A stretch of 63,884 bases of DNA, taken from the NCBI GenBank assembly GCA_038043285.1, contig JBBTCJ010000068.1, positions 1-63,884 of the forward strand, in the 5' to 3' direction. Below, piece after piece: positions 31,601 through 41,972 of this stretch (positions are counted from its first letter, which is position 1; each line of letters opens with the position of its first letter). Origin of the DNA: Planctomycetota bacterium. GTDB lineage: Bacteria; Planctomycetota; Phycisphaerae; UBA1845. The notes under the pieces are model-generated. The model had not been told where the DNA came from, ran no database searches, and worked only from the letters and a program-made list of their open reading frames with translations. A program made the translations under genes and the position numbers.

Positions 31601-34600
31601 TCAGGACGAGGTCTTTGGCGCTGCCATCGACATGCCAACATGCGAGGGCCTGGGTGGTCGGTATCTCGGCGGCATTAGGTGCCAAGGCGGATACTGCCAA
31701 AACGATCCACGCTTCTCGTGCGGGTCGGACGCCGATTGTGCCTCGCCCGGTCCGGGCGGAATGTGCGTAGGCCTGGCGCAATCGGAGGCTCAACCCAACC
31801 CCTGCCCGGCCTGCGAGATCACCGGCGTAGGCAACTGCCAGACGTGGGACGATCACGGAAGTCTCACGCCGTCCGACGTTCGAATGGGCGCAATCGTGGC
31901 CGATGATTTGATAGCCGGTCCTGGAACGGGCCAGATTTCCCAGGTCTGCGTGTGGGGCGCGTATCTGGTCAGCGACGCGGATCGATCGTCGATGATCGAC
32001 TGTTGGCAGGCTGCGCCGTCTGACAACTTCAGCGTGAGGATTCTCGCCGACACAGGGTTCCATTTCCCTGACCGCAACGTCGTCGTGGGACAGTCCGCCG
32101 TGATGGTGCAGCGGGCCATCGAAGAAACGGCGTCCTCTCGCACGGCCGACCCTCCCTACGAGACCTTCGGGTACCAGCTCACGCTGATAACGCCGATCAC
32201 TGGGTTGGTTCCCGGCACGGTTTACTGGCTTGAAGTGACCAACGACCTGCCGGCATCCATCGACTGCAACTGGAATTGGAGCTCCCTTCGTCCGGGTTCT
32301 AGCGCCGGGAACCAATACTCTGTCTTAGGCACCGCCGATTTCGGATACCCGCCCTGCGGCGGCGCGTCACCGCAGGACTTCGCCTGGTGCGTGGGGGGGG
32401 CGATTGAGGTTCCAGCGCCGCCGGTCCGATCCGTCTGCGACTGCATGGGCAACTGTCAGTACCAAACTGCCGCGGAAGCGATCGTCAATCGTCATGAATG
32501 GTGTGCGAACGCCGTCGACGATGGTGGCGGCCCGCTCATTTGTGGATTGAACTACTTCTGTCCGTCCGACCCGTCGCCGTCCAACGACGAATGTTCGGCG
32601 GCGGCGCCAATCCCCGTCGGCCTGACGACGTTCAACAACGCATGTGCGGCCACCGACGGCTTGCCGACGATCAAGACCGACGATCGAGGGAATCGGACGC
32701 CGATCGTGGACGACGTTTGGTACAAGTTCGCCCCCCGCCAGAACTGCTTTCTCAACATCTCCATGTGCGGGATGGGAAGCCCGAACGCCAGTGGATTCGA
32801 TCCGGTCATGGCCGTGTACTCAGACGGAACGAGCCGATGTCCATGCCCTTTGGATGACGCGAACGCAGCCAGTACCTGGGTCGGGGGCAACGACAACGGG
32901 TGCATGGGCACGATGCTGGGCGGACCGTCGAGCGTGTCCGGCATACCCGTAAGTGCGGGGGAGTGCGTCACGATTCGCGTCGGGGGATCGCCGGGTCTGG
33001 GGTACGAGCGCGGCGCGGGCCTCCTCAACGTCACCTGCGGTGGTCCGGTTTGTGGCGACAACCTTGCGCAGCCGGGAATCGGCGAGGAGTGCGACGGCGT
33101 CGATGACGCGGCCTGTCCAGGCGGATGCAATCCGCCGGGCGATCCGAATGCGTGCAAGTGCTCGACTCCAGTTTGCCCGAACGGAAACCGCGAAGGTGCA
33201 GAGGAGTGCGATGGCGTCGACGCGGCTGCCTGTCCGGGTCTGTGCCAGTTTGACTGCACCTGCAGCGCAATCTGCGGCAACGGCCAGAAGGAACCGGACG
33301 AAGAGTGCGATAGTTCGGACGCAACGGCTTGCCCGGGTCGATGCCAGGGCGATTGCATCTGCCCACCGAGGATTTGCGGAAACGACTTCGTCGAGTTCCC
33401 CGAGGAGTGCGACGGAACGGATAACGAGAGCTGCGGCGGATATTTCTGTCGCCCGCCCGGCAACGCCGCAGGCGAGTGCACCTGTACTTGCGGCGCGCTC
33501 CCCATCGACGCGCTTCCGCTTTTGCCCGAACCGAATCCGACGGAGAAAAACCGATACATCTCGTTCGTAGTTGACCCCTTCGGCGCGGGTCAGCAGACGG
33601 CCCTGCGGGTGCGCCTGACGTCCTTGCACCACCCCATCGATCCGCCGCCCGGAACGCCGAACTTCACGGCGTTTGAGGGGCAATATCGCTACGTGAACGT
33701 CGTGGGAACAGGCACTTGCCCCGACTCACCGGTATTCGCCACGACTTTCAAGTGCGGCACGTTGTCCTGCACCCCCCAGTATCGTGACTGGGCCGCGGAA
33801 TTGGCCGGCGCGGTGTTGCACGTGACCGGGGCGGATATCGTCCCCAGCTCCATCTATGACGTAGCGATCCTTCCGGTGAGCTGCGCCGGGGTTGAGCTGG
33901 CCTGTGCAGGCGCGTCGACCGAATTGCCCGTTCGAACGTCGTTGTGGGGCGATATCACCGCCTACTTCGACGGTAGCCGCTGGCTCGCGCCGGACGGGTT
34001 CTATCCGAACTTCGATGACATCATGGCTGTCGTCCAGAAGTTCAAGGACACTGCAAGTGCGCCGATCAAGCCCCGCGTTCAAATGTACCCCAATGTGCCG
34101 AACCCGATGAATGATGTAAGTGCGATCGACATCGCGATGATCGTCGATGCGTTCAAAGGGCGTCCCTATGCGCTCCCCGGTCCGCAGACATGTGCCCTGG
34201 CCACGATCGGCAACGCACCCTCGCCAGGCGAAGCGATCGCGGTTGAATTGCTGGCACGGATAGGCCGAGTTCCTTCTTTGTCCGATGCGCCAGCGACAAT
34301 CGTCTCCGCAGCGGTTGCCGGCGTACCGAACATCAGCTTCGTTCCGGTGAAGGCCACCGGTCTTTATGCCGTCAATGGGAGCGAAATCCTCCTGGAACAG
34401 GGCGGCGTCAACGTCTTCCTGGAGATTCGACTCTCGGGTTGGGATCCCAACGGCGACGCCGTACCGACGCTGTCGTACTTCCAGGCCACGGTGGATCCCA
34501 TGAGCTACTTGGGGTTCAACGCGCAAACGACAGAACCGTTTGTCGATCTGTCGGCGGCCAGCGTGCCCTGCGCAACCACCGCAGAATGTACGGCGGCCTA

Positions 34601-35762
34601 CGGGCAGCCGGGGGCAAGTTGCGGTGCCGGCAAATGTGCTCCGGCTTTCCAGGACGTCACCAGGACGGACTGGGTATTCGCCGAATTTCAATCGAATGAC
34701 GTCATCGCCGCCATCCGCACGGCGCGACCTGAGTTTGCGTGGGGCGCCGCGGTCGGGTCATCGGGAGAAGGCGCATTGGACCGGGGGGCGTCGCTCTATG
34801 GCGGTACCCTTGTCCTAAACGTTCCGGCCGCGGCTGACGGAACCTATACCATCAACTTGATCAACAACCTGGCGCTGACCTTCCTGGTGGGCAACGATCT
34901 TCTGAGGGTTCCGGGACTCACGTTGACTCCCGCCAAGATCACAGTGAACAGGCTGCCCAAGGGCCGTTATCTGCCGGTAAGGACGATGAACGCCGGGCCG
35001 ACGGCGCTGCGAGTCTCGATGCTCGAGCTGTTCCGCCCCGTCCCACCGCACCTCGGCGCGCCGCCCGGCAGGCCGCTCCCTGATTTCTCGGCTTTCGAGC
35101 ATGGCATCTGCACCGCCGCCGGCGAGCAGAACAGTTGCTATCGCTGGGTCGGCCCGCCGGAACTGGTGTGCGAATACGGAGGACGGCCTCCGTGTATCGC
35201 CCCCGGGGAGGAGATGTGGATTGCACGTCTCCAATGCGAACCATACTTCGGCGAGTGGTGGCATATGCCGGACCCCATCTTTCTCACGGTGCACGTGACC
35301 GGGGCCGAAGTGCTTCCAAGTTCGCTGTATCGCATTGACCAGTGCACCGGCGTACTCGGTTGCGAGGACGTGATCTACAGCTTCGAGGTCCGCACCAGTC
35401 GTTGGGGCGACGTGGCTCCGCCCTTCCAGGACCGGGCCCGCGATCCCTCGACTCAGCCCACCATTGCCGACGTGACCGAGCTAGTGGATAAAGTCAAGCA
35501 ACTTCCCGGGAAGGCCCCTCGAGTCCGCGCCCAGCTTCAACCGAGCGTGCCCGGCATCGTTTCGGGCGTGAACGTTTTGGACATCGCCAACGGCGTGGAC
35601 GCACTGAAGGGGTTCCCGTACCCGTTCAGCGGACCATGCATTTGTCCGTCGGAGATGACCTGCGAGGTGCCCGGCGATTGCGCGTCGAGCACGGACTGCA
35701 CCGGAGGACGCAGCTGTGTCAACGGAAAATGCGGGGATTTGTGTGGACAATGCCGGCCATGA
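28665..35762 (+). CDS. Giant secreted Cys-rich modular protein (about 2365 aa) with two beta+dockerin-like modules and a cohesin-like domain
   Basis: AAGGAG RBS, signal-like N-terminus, GACC and CG...EECDG Cys repeats, two K.RY...VTG..IVPSS.Y...WGD modules. Confidence 0.85.
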   Translation: MQVLARLFGFAGTFAGLFFFVGVITTRPIAAVYVKGVEAVHAPIADDAEEGLTKAGHSYPPATGNVAPRRSAATAGDWTLRKGDASNRTARSPRTVSAVGHLPPSTPMIVNYKDDEPSRMRAAGLLKGALPLPLEGSIAAGGCTFDIECDDANPCTRDVCEIDVSQGMGSGKCSHAAVSPGEPGDCDDGVFCNGREFCNSGGVCQSGLAATCCTGGPGNDPPQQYCSENAGLCADDAPLPGKLCAADADCGGKECNHCRAICSTNADCGDGYVCNGVETCAGGQCVAGVPPCGGGALCSEKKCSGTPTTACVDDADCPSGQTCTGAGPVCYFGRCCDPINPATCSTLKLANCTGGKHWYAGDAGRENGAANTCGGVSPINPGVQLGCPRYTSGISQLGLTLPSHPVTVGPVSASVVAVSPPNGPGAALNRLGDDYQFDPFDPSTHMMLVAVRFVGYVSVPDAIFVEFWDENGNFIEELQVRPSLAAAVNLVYLEEPLVIPPRGYMTAVTKRETGPDVRFFWLSATTVNEGANDPSKLFVNNDPNAANFMGLSPGILSFELVGSIVIPPLGGCCDPMTGACGNELEWVCRGDGRTFQGVGSYCNTCLFGSNTGAPCSRCSGGGTPGASCNADADCSGGTCTADNAVCNVGSSTCSNDASNTCTSSAECVARSNVCSNRDQGCVFSSDCPPGGVCGGAGTCEAGLCATLDACGVGACCNSTTGACTPDTALGGCTGGGETFLGLGTDCDPNCCPQPAGGWTGADDCQNAVIHWIPTLNPYDPPYVITITGDDSYASSTLANPDSCFGPPTSVASDLGWWQSFFLTGSCTRVRIDHCGSSPTQRGSWSWLARDCSCNEMVNATPDPYITGVGATGYGSPYCDDANVWMQFGLLGPGEYFYSTLNSLQVGGGPYQMHIVAEGCPTAACCRPDGSCIDDVNQHECDALGGIFLAPPQQSPAIALCVGSPGACATGSCCTGPGQCQDEVFGAAIDMPTCEGLGGRYLGGIRCQGGYCQNDPRFSCGSDADCASPGPGGMCVGLAQSEAQPNPCPACEITGVGNCQTWDDHGSLTPSDVRMGAIVADDLIAGPGTGQISQVCVWGAYLVSDADRSSMIDCWQAAPSDNFSVRILADTGFHFPDRNVVVGQSAVMVQRAIEETASSRTADPPYETFGYQLTLITPITGLVPGTVYWLEVTNDLPASIDCNWNWSSLRPGSSAGNQYSVLGTADFGYPPCGGASPQDFAWCVGGAIEVPAPPVRSVCDCMGNCQYQTAAEAIVNRHEWCANAVDDGGGPLICGLNYFCPSDPSPSNDECSAAAPIPVGLTTFNNACAATDGLPTIKTDDRGNRTPIVDDVWYKFAPRQNCFLNISMCGMGSPNASGFDPVMAVYSDGTSRCPCPLDDANAASTWVGGNDNGCMGTMLGGPSSVSGIPVSAGECVTIRVGGSPGLGYERGAGLLNVTCGGPVCGDNLAQPGIGEECDGVDDAACPGGCNPPGDPNACKCSTPVCPNGNREGAEECDGVDAAACPGLCQFDCTCSAICGNGQKEPDEECDSSDATACPGRCQGDCICPPRICGNDFVEFPEECDGTDNESCGGYFCRPPGNAAGECTCTCGALPIDALPLLPEPNPTEKNRYISFVVDPFGAGQQTALRVRLTSLHHPIDPPPGTPNFTAFEGQYRYVNVVGTGTCPDSPVFATTFKCGTLSCTPQYRDWAAELAGAVLHVTGADIVPSSIYDVAILPVSCAGVELACAGASTELPVRTSLWGDITAYFDGSRWLAPDGFYPNFDDIMAVVQKFKDTASAPIKPRVQMYPNVPNPMNDVSAIDIAMIVDAFKGRPYALPGPQTCALATIGNAPSPGEAIAVELLARIGRVPSLSDAPATIVSAAVAGVPNISFVPVKATGLYAVNGSEILLEQGGVNVFLEIRLSGWDPNGDAVPTLSYFQATVDPMSYLGFNAQTTEPFVDLSAASVPCATTAECTAAYGQPGASCGAGKCAPAFQDVTRTDWVFAEFQSNDVIAAIRTARPEFAWGAAVGSSGEGALDRGASLYGGTLVLNVPAAADGTYTINLINNLALTFLVGNDLLRVPGLTLTPAKITVNRLPKGRYLPVRTMNAGPTALRVSMLELFRPVPPHLGAPPGRPLPDFSAFEHGICTAAGEQNSCYRWVGPPELVCEYGGRPPCIAPGEEMWIARLQCEPYFGEWWHMPDPIFLTVHVTGAEVLPSSLYRIDQCTGVLGCEDVIYSFEVRTSRWGDVAPPFQDRARDPSTQPTIADVTELVDKVKQLPGKAPRVRAQLQPSVPGIVSGVNVLDIANGVDALKGFPYPFSGPCICPSEMTCEVPGDCASSTDCTGGRSCVNGKCGDLCGQCRP

Positions 35763-36007
35763 ACGCCTTGACGATATTGGGGTAAGCGTTAACGGGCGTG
35801 GGTTGTGCGTTGAATCTTGTGAAAGAAAAACGGTTGTGTAATTGTGGGGGATTTGCAATGTCATCGCAGGTGAAGACGCATATGCCGAATCAGTCTACGG
35901 AAAAGGGAAGGTGCCGCCCCACCGTCATTCTTGGCCAAGCAGGAAATCTCGAAATGCCGTACCCCATTGCGCTTCGAAATTCTACGTGCGCCTTCGACTT
36001 CCTTACA

Positions 36008-39000
36008 ATGGAAGGAACTCGCCGCGGCGATTTTCGCAGGACGCCCGGTTCCATTTCTGTCCCATTGGCGCGTCTGTGCTTGGTTGCGTACGGGGTGGTC
36101 GGCGTCGCTTTGTTCTGCGCGCCGGCCTGGGGCCAAGAGATCATTCGGCCCAAATCGTCTTTCGAGGTGACAAGGGGCGTGCAGACGGGCACGGGCGTCG
36201 CGCCCCAATGGACTGCCGGTTGCCCAGTGACGGACGCTCCCACGGATGAACCGACGCCCATTCGCAAGAACCGATACCTATCCCTGCAACCTGGCAACGC
36301 CGGCATCCAGGTTGCTCTTCAGGTCGAGCTGATCGCCAGCGAGTATTTCCCCGCCTGCGTGGGGATTAAGAAGTGGGTTGGTCCGCCCGACGCCGCGACG
36401 GGAATCGTGCGGTTACAGGATGTACCCGAGTATCGCGACTGGAGCCTGGATCCGACCGTCATCCACGTCGGGGACGTGGAGATTGTCCCGGTTGCCTCCT
36501 ACGAGGTCCGCGCTATCGCGTTAGGGTGCGACACCGCCGAACCACTCAACTTTTCCGCCGCATTGGCGGTTTCGACGATCGATCGGCCCGGGTTCGAGTT
36601 TTGGGGTGATTGCGTGGGCTTGTTCAGCGGAACGTGGCCTGGTCCCGACGGCGTCGTGAATTTTGACGACATTGTGGCCATGGTTCAGTTGTTCAACGAG
36701 ACCGCGAACGCTCCCCCCATCGTTCAAATGGACCTCGCCGGCGCGCGCCCCGACGGCGTACTTAATTACGACGACATTTTTTGGGTGGTCCGCGCCTTCG
36801 ATTCCCAGCCCTACCCCTTCCAGTCTCCTTGTGGAGCAGTCGGGCAGACGGCCAGGGTCGCCGAACAACAGGCTCCGGCGCTCATGAGCTGCACCCTCGC
36901 CCACGACACGGTCGTCGTGGGCACGACGGAGGAGTTCACGATCTTCCTGGGCGATGCCGCGAACTTAGGCGCGTACCAGACCCAGGTGCGGATCACACCG
37001 GTCGGTACGGCCATCGACGGCGGGTTGTACATCGGATGCCCGCCACCGCCTCCCCCGCCGCCTCCCGGCGTCGAGGTATACACCACAGACGGTCGCTTTG
37101 TATTCCTTCCGGTCGGGATCCGCGACGTGACCCGTTCCTGCCCGACGCGGCGCCTGGGGGCCATGACGGCCGTCGGCGTAGGCGTGACCGTGCCGGCGAG
37201 TCCGCCGGGATACGTAGCCACCTACGCGCTGACGGTCAACAACACCGCGGTCCCGGGAACCGAGTACCGCGTCGCTATCGTGCCGAGCCGTGAGCCGTAC
37301 AACTCGCCCCTGGCCCCCAGGGAGGAATCCTTCGTGCGCGACTCCTCCGGCCTGCCGTTGCCCATGAGCACTGGATCCGAATGCCTCCTGCGGATTGCCG
37401 TGGACTGCCAGACCGTCGGGGTCGTCGGGCACGGAGTACCCGACATCTGCGACGTGACCCATCCGGGGAATTGTTCTTCGGTTTCCGGTTGTCGCGGCTA
37501 CGTCTGCGGGACGAGCGCCGACTGCGATGCCGATCTGAGACCGGATGAATGCGAGACCGACTTCGACGCCGATACGGTCATCGATGATTGTGACAATTGC
37601 CCGATGGTGTCCAACCAGAGCCAGTTCGACACCGATAGCGACGGCGTAGGAAACAATTGCGATAGCTGTCAGTCGGTTCCCAACCCCATGTTGGTCTCCG
37701 ACGGAACTCTCCCATGTGCGCCCGCAGCGGGCGAAATGTGGCAACTGGATTCGGATTGCGATGATTTCGGGGATCCATGCGACAAGTGTCCTGGTTTCGA
37801 TGATGCGCTGGATGCCGACTTCGACACCATTCCCGACGGGTGTGACGTGTGTGCAGGCGGTGACGACCGCGTAGACTGCGACCGGGATTTCATCCCCAAC
37901 CGGTGCGAAATCCGCACCAGTGACCAGGGGTTATGCACCGGTCCGGATTGTTCGACCGATTGCCTCACCTTCCAGGGACCGGTCACCATCGGCCCCGACG
38001 GCATGCCCGATGAATGCCAGATAGCGTGCGGGGAGACCTGCCATTTTCTGCCGGACACCGCGGGCATTGATAGTCCGACAGTGGAAGGCGCATTCGAGAT
38101 CCTCCTGCTGGACGGAACGTCGATGAGTGTTTCGGTTGGTGGCGGGGGTTCCACCTTGATTTCGAGAGGAATACCGCACAGTCATGGAGATGCGTTCGAC
38201 CTCAACGCGTCTGATGAGCCTTGCGCGCCGCCCGTGGACTTCCTGGCCAACCCGTCCGTCGGGCGCGAGACGCACGTGGCCATCGGAAATATGGAACTCT
38301 CGAACGGCGCCGTGACCGTCCGTGCGGGCCAGGCATACTTCGCCACAGTCAGCGGAAGCTCCCGGCAGACCTGGTACCAGGACACGCTCGGCGAGGTACA
38401 GGGGACCTGCTTCGACTTCCCGGCGGAATCCTTCTTTGACCTGTTCATGGAAATCGACACCGGCACGATGAAACTCTACAACAAGTCGCCGGTTGTGGTT
38501 CGGGCGGCGATCGCGGATCTTGGGTGGACGTTCCCAACAGCCGCGTCCATATTTGTGAATGCACCTGCGACGCCGGCTGTCCCACTCGTTGACGAATCCG
38601 GGGTGCAACGGGGTTACTTGCAGCGAGCGCAACTCGGGCGTGCGGCAAGGTTTCTCCCTGCTCAAGCCCTCGGATGCCGAACGTCGCCGGGACTGGGCGC
38701 ACCGCTGTCGTTCGTCATCGACGTGGATACGACGGGGCTACCTGTAGGAAGCTCACCCGACCCGAATGACGTTCGCAGCGACGCACCGCTCCTGCGAAAG
38801 AAGGTGACGGTCTACCAGGCACCGGGCGACCCATCCACGGCCGGTCCAAACCTGACCAACATGCGAGACAATACCTTGACCGGCAACGCCCCGGCCGAGT
38901 TTACCAGCGGCAATGCGATTCGAAGTCTGTCTTTCGGGCGTGACGGCAGCGGCGTTACGTCAACCGATCGAACGTCGCCGGCGATCGTGTTTTCCGTCGC

Positions 39001-40630
39001 CCCGAGCGCGCGTGGCACAGCCTGTTCCGACGTTTCCTCGGAAGCGCCCGACCCGCTGGCAAGCCCCGCGGATGGCGATCGAGTCGCGGCCGACTTGTTC
39101 GTCGCACAGGCAGGCCCGTTTGGGACTTACAATGGACCCGTCCTCCCCTGGTGTGACTCGAACCACGGCAACTGCCTGATCGCCGATCAGACTGTCCTGG
39201 GGCTGGGGCCTCTGGTTTCCGGCGGAGCCGGCGCGTCGGACAACCTGGTCGCGCTCGAGTTGAGCGAGTTCAACCCGACCAGCGGGCTGGCGTACCTCAC
39301 CTTCGATCAACCGTCGTTCGGTGGCGACAGCGCGACCATCTTCGTTTTCGATCCCCTCAACGGTCCGTTTCGACCAAGCTCATTGCGGACCTTCGCCGCC
39401 GCGGCCAATCTCGGCCTTGCGTCAGCGGACGAAATCGACGCGCTTGCGGTCTCGGACGTTTCACCACTCGGTCAATGGAGCGCCGGCGATGAAGTTCTCT
39501 TCTCCCTGACCCCCGGCTCCCCGGTCGCCGTAGCAAACGGGTGGTCCGGCGCGCATGTGTTCAAAGTCATGTTTGGTCAAGCGGCGGGGTTGGGACCGGG
39601 GAACATCTATATGGATCCCTCAGACCTCGGCATGCTTCCCGCGGATGACGTGGACGCTATCGACGTCGCCGTGATGGTGTTGGCGGATTGCAACAACAAC
39701 GGCCTCGAAGACCGTTGCGAGATCGCCCTGGGCCTCAGCGAAGATGGAGAGTCCGACGGTATCCCCGACGAGTGCGAGGACAAAAACCGATATGTGACCG
39801 TCCCGCCGAACGTCCTTCCCGCTGGTGCACGAGCGATCCGCGTCGAACTGATAACCCTCATGCAGCCGAATCCGCCGAACATTCCCCAGAATCCTCCGCC
39901 GGACTTCTCGGCCTTCCACGGCAAGACGCGATACGTCAACCTGGTGAGGATGTGTCGGGGCGGCGCGGAACCGGGCACGGTAATCTGTCGCGGTCAAGCA
40001 GAGTGCGACGCCCGTGGACTGGGTGGAAGCTGCGAGCAAATGCACACCTGCCAGGGGGGAAGCGAACCGGGCGGCATTCCTTGCGGCGGTTCCGGGGATT
40101 GCGATGGCCGCGGTCGAGGCGGAGTCTGTGCCCCGAGCATCATCTGCCGCGATTCGGAATCACTCGAGACGACGTTCCGCTGCGCCGTCGTGGATTGCGA
40201 CCCAGAATATTACGACTGGGGGACGGAACTGGGTGGGGCGGCGCTTCACGTGACCGGATCCGTCGTGGTACCCAGCTCTCTGTATCATGTACGAACCCTT
40301 GCCGCCAGCTGCCAGGGCAACGAAGACGTGTGCCTGGACGTGTCGCAAACCATCGTGGTGAAAACGTCCCGTTGGGGAGACACCGGCGCCCCATTCCAAC
40401 GTGCCGCCCCGATGGCCCTGGCCCAGCCCAACGTGCTCGACATCGCAGGCGAGGTCGACAAAGTGAAGGATCTGCTCACGGGCGTGTTGATCAAGCAGCG
40501 GGCCCAACTGCAACCCAACCGGCCCAACCCGATGGCCAACGTGAATGTGCTCGACATCGCCAACGTCGTCGACGCCGTCAAGGGGATTGAGTACCGGTTT
40601 CCCGGGCCGGAGCCTTGTGCTTCGGATTGA
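36008..40630 (+). CDS. Giant secreted modular protein (about 1540 aa): beta+dockerin-like module, cohesin-like domain, TSP3-like Ca repeats, second module
   Basis: Signal peptide ending APAWGQ. KNRY modules at both ends. DNCP..SNQSQFDTDSDGVGNNCD repeats. DGIPDECE. Start uncertain. Confidence 0.85.
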   Translation: MEGTRRGDFRRTPGSISVPLARLCLVAYGVVGVALFCAPAWGQEIIRPKSSFEVTRGVQTGTGVAPQWTAGCPVTDAPTDEPTPIRKNRYLSLQPGNAGIQVALQVELIASEYFPACVGIKKWVGPPDAATGIVRLQDVPEYRDWSLDPTVIHVGDVEIVPVASYEVRAIALGCDTAEPLNFSAALAVSTIDRPGFEFWGDCVGLFSGTWPGPDGVVNFDDIVAMVQLFNETANAPPIVQMDLAGARPDGVLNYDDIFWVVRAFDSQPYPFQSPCGAVGQTARVAEQQAPALMSCTLAHDTVVVGTTEEFTIFLGDAANLGAYQTQVRITPVGTAIDGGLYIGCPPPPPPPPPGVEVYTTDGRFVFLPVGIRDVTRSCPTRRLGAMTAVGVGVTVPASPPGYVATYALTVNNTAVPGTEYRVAIVPSREPYNSPLAPREESFVRDSSGLPLPMSTGSECLLRIAVDCQTVGVVGHGVPDICDVTHPGNCSSVSGCRGYVCGTSADCDADLRPDECETDFDADTVIDDCDNCPMVSNQSQFDTDSDGVGNNCDSCQSVPNPMLVSDGTLPCAPAAGEMWQLDSDCDDFGDPCDKCPGFDDALDADFDTIPDGCDVCAGGDDRVDCDRDFIPNRCEIRTSDQGLCTGPDCSTDCLTFQGPVTIGPDGMPDECQIACGETCHFLPDTAGIDSPTVEGAFEILLLDGTSMSVSVGGGGSTLISRGIPHSHGDAFDLNASDEPCAPPVDFLANPSVGRETHVAIGNMELSNGAVTVRAGQAYFATVSGSSRQTWYQDTLGEVQGTCFDFPAESFFDLFMEIDTGTMKLYNKSPVVVRAAIADLGWTFPTAASIFVNAPATPAVPLVDESGVQRGYLQRAQLGRAARFLPAQALGCRTSPGLGAPLSFVIDVDTTGLPVGSSPDPNDVRSDAPLLRKKVTVYQAPGDPSTAGPNLTNMRDNTLTGNAPAEFTSGNAIRSLSFGRDGSGVTSTDRTSPAIVFSVAPSARGTACSDVSSEAPDPLASPADGDRVAADLFVAQAGPFGTYNGPVLPWCDSNHGNCLIADQTVLGLGPLVSGGAGASDNLVALELSEFNPTSGLAYLTFDQPSFGGDSATIFVFDPLNGPFRPSSLRTFAAAANLGLASADEIDALAVSDVSPLGQWSAGDEVLFSLTPGSPVAVANGWSGAHVFKVMFGQAAGLGPGNIYMDPSDLGMLPADDVDAIDVAVMVLADCNNNGLEDRCEIALGLSEDGESDGIPDECEDKNRYVTVPPNVLPAGARAIRVELITLMQPNPPNIPQNPPPDFSAFHGKTRYVNLVRMCRGGAEPGTVICRGQAECDARGLGGSCEQMHTCQGGSEPGGIPCGGSGDCDGRGRGGVCAPSIICRDSESLETTFRCAVVDCDPEYYDWGTELGGAALHVTGSVVVPSSLYHVRTLAASCQGNEDVCLDVSQTIVVKTSRWGDTGAPFQRAAPMALAQPNVLDIAGEVDKVKDLLTGVLIKQRAQLQPNRPNPMANVNVLDIANVVDAVKGIEYRFPGPEPCASD

Positions 40631-40829
40631 CCACGCTCGAAATGTCGGCGGTTCGACAGGCGAGGCCGGCTGCACCGGCGGAGTTCTGCGCAGGCGATTT
40701 CTTATCAACCCAACTTGTTGCCGTCGTTCCATCGTGCCGTGCAATTCAAATTGAATGCTGCCGTATGACACATGCGAGAGTCAAACAAAGACTTCTCCAC
40801 CGCGAGCCTATCTGAAATGCCTTTCCTTC

Positions 40830-41972
40830 CTACGCGGTGGCCGCCATCCCCATTCGCCGCAGCCAGCGGAAGTGCGACGCCACGCCTGCCAGGAAGGTCT
40901 CATTGGCCGAGTACTTCAGTCCAAACTCCCGGCACGTCTCCTCCACAAGCGGCGCCAGCGATCGGTAATGCACATGACAAATCTGCGGAAACAGGTGGTG
41001 CTCAATCTGAAAGTTCAGCCCCCCGATGAACCAGGAAAGCAGTCGGTTCCGTTGCGCAAAGTCCACGGTGGTTCCGACTTGATGGGCCGCCCAACTGGTC
41101 TCCATCCGGCCTGTGTCTTCTCGCGGCATGGGAAAACCAGCTTCCTCCACGCAGTGAGCTAACTGAAACACGACGCCGAGCACCACGCCCTGGATATGGG
41201 TTACCACGAGGTAGAACAGGAGCACCGCCCAAACGGGATGAAACAGGGAAGGGATCACAAACGCCAGCGAGAAGAAAAACATCTTGCCGCCCACGAAGGT
41301 CACGAGATCCCACCCCTTCGGCCTGGGGAACCGATGTCCGGCGATTCGGCCGGTGACCATATCGCGGAAGTCGTCAACGAGATGCCACTTGGCCGGTAGG
41401 AATCCGTACAAGGCCCACAGGTAGAAGTGCTGCAGGCGGTGAAACTTCAACCGCTTCTGGTGCGGCGACAGCCGACCGAGCAAGCCGAGGTTGATGTCGT
41501 CATCATGGCCGGTGATGTTGGCGAAGCTGTGATGGATTGAATTGTGCTTCCGCGCCCAAACGTACGAACTGCCGCCCAACATATCGAGTGTCATGGCCAT
41601 CAGCTTGTTGATCCAACGGCGGCTCGAGTACGCGTGGTGCCCGCCGTCGTGCTGGATGTTGAACCCAACGCCTGCCGTCGCCAACGCCAACGAGATCGCC
41701 AGCAGCGCAGCGACCCACCAAGTCGCCGCACTGAATACCAGCAGCGCGTAGGACGTGGCGAACCAACCGAGAACCAGCGCCGACTTCAGGTACATCTGCG
41801 GGCAGTCGCGCTCCGCCAAGCCGGTGCTTTGGAAGTACCCGTCGACCCGTCGCCGCAGCTCACGGTCGAATCCGCCGGCGGCGCAAAACTTCAGCCCGGG
41901 TGAAGCCAGGGAAGGCGCTTCCCGGTCCGGCTCGCCTCCCACGTCCTTTGCTTCCACCGCAATTCCATCCAC
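40830..41972 (-). CDS. Membrane fatty acid (acyl-CoA/lipid) desaturase
   Basis: His boxes HDGGH, HNSIHH and QIEHH (front-end type). Confidence 0.92.
   Translation of the reverse strand: MDGIAVEAKDVGGEPDREAPSLASPGLKFCAAGGFDRELRRRVDGYFQSTGLAERDCPQMYLKSALVLGWFATSYALLVFSAATWWVAALLAISLALATAGVGFNIQHDGGHHAYSSRRWINKLMAMTLDMLGGSSYVWARKHNSIHHSFANITGHDDDINLGLLGRLSPHQKRLKFHRLQHFYLWALYGFLPAKWHLVDDFRDMVTGRIAGHRFPRPKGWDLVTFVGGKMFFFSLAFVIPSLFHPVWAVLLFYLVVTHIQGVVLGVVFQLAHCVEEAGFPMPREDTGRMETSWAAHQVGTTVDFAQRNRLLSWFIGGLNFQIEHHLFPQICHVHYRSLAPLVEETCREFGLKYSANETFLAGVASHFRWLRRMGMAATA

Noticed and set aside
37039-37067. Poly-proline run in giant protein 2 as a phase-variation tract
   Set aside because: It is encoded by mixed Pro codons, not a homopolymer or perfect microsatellite.
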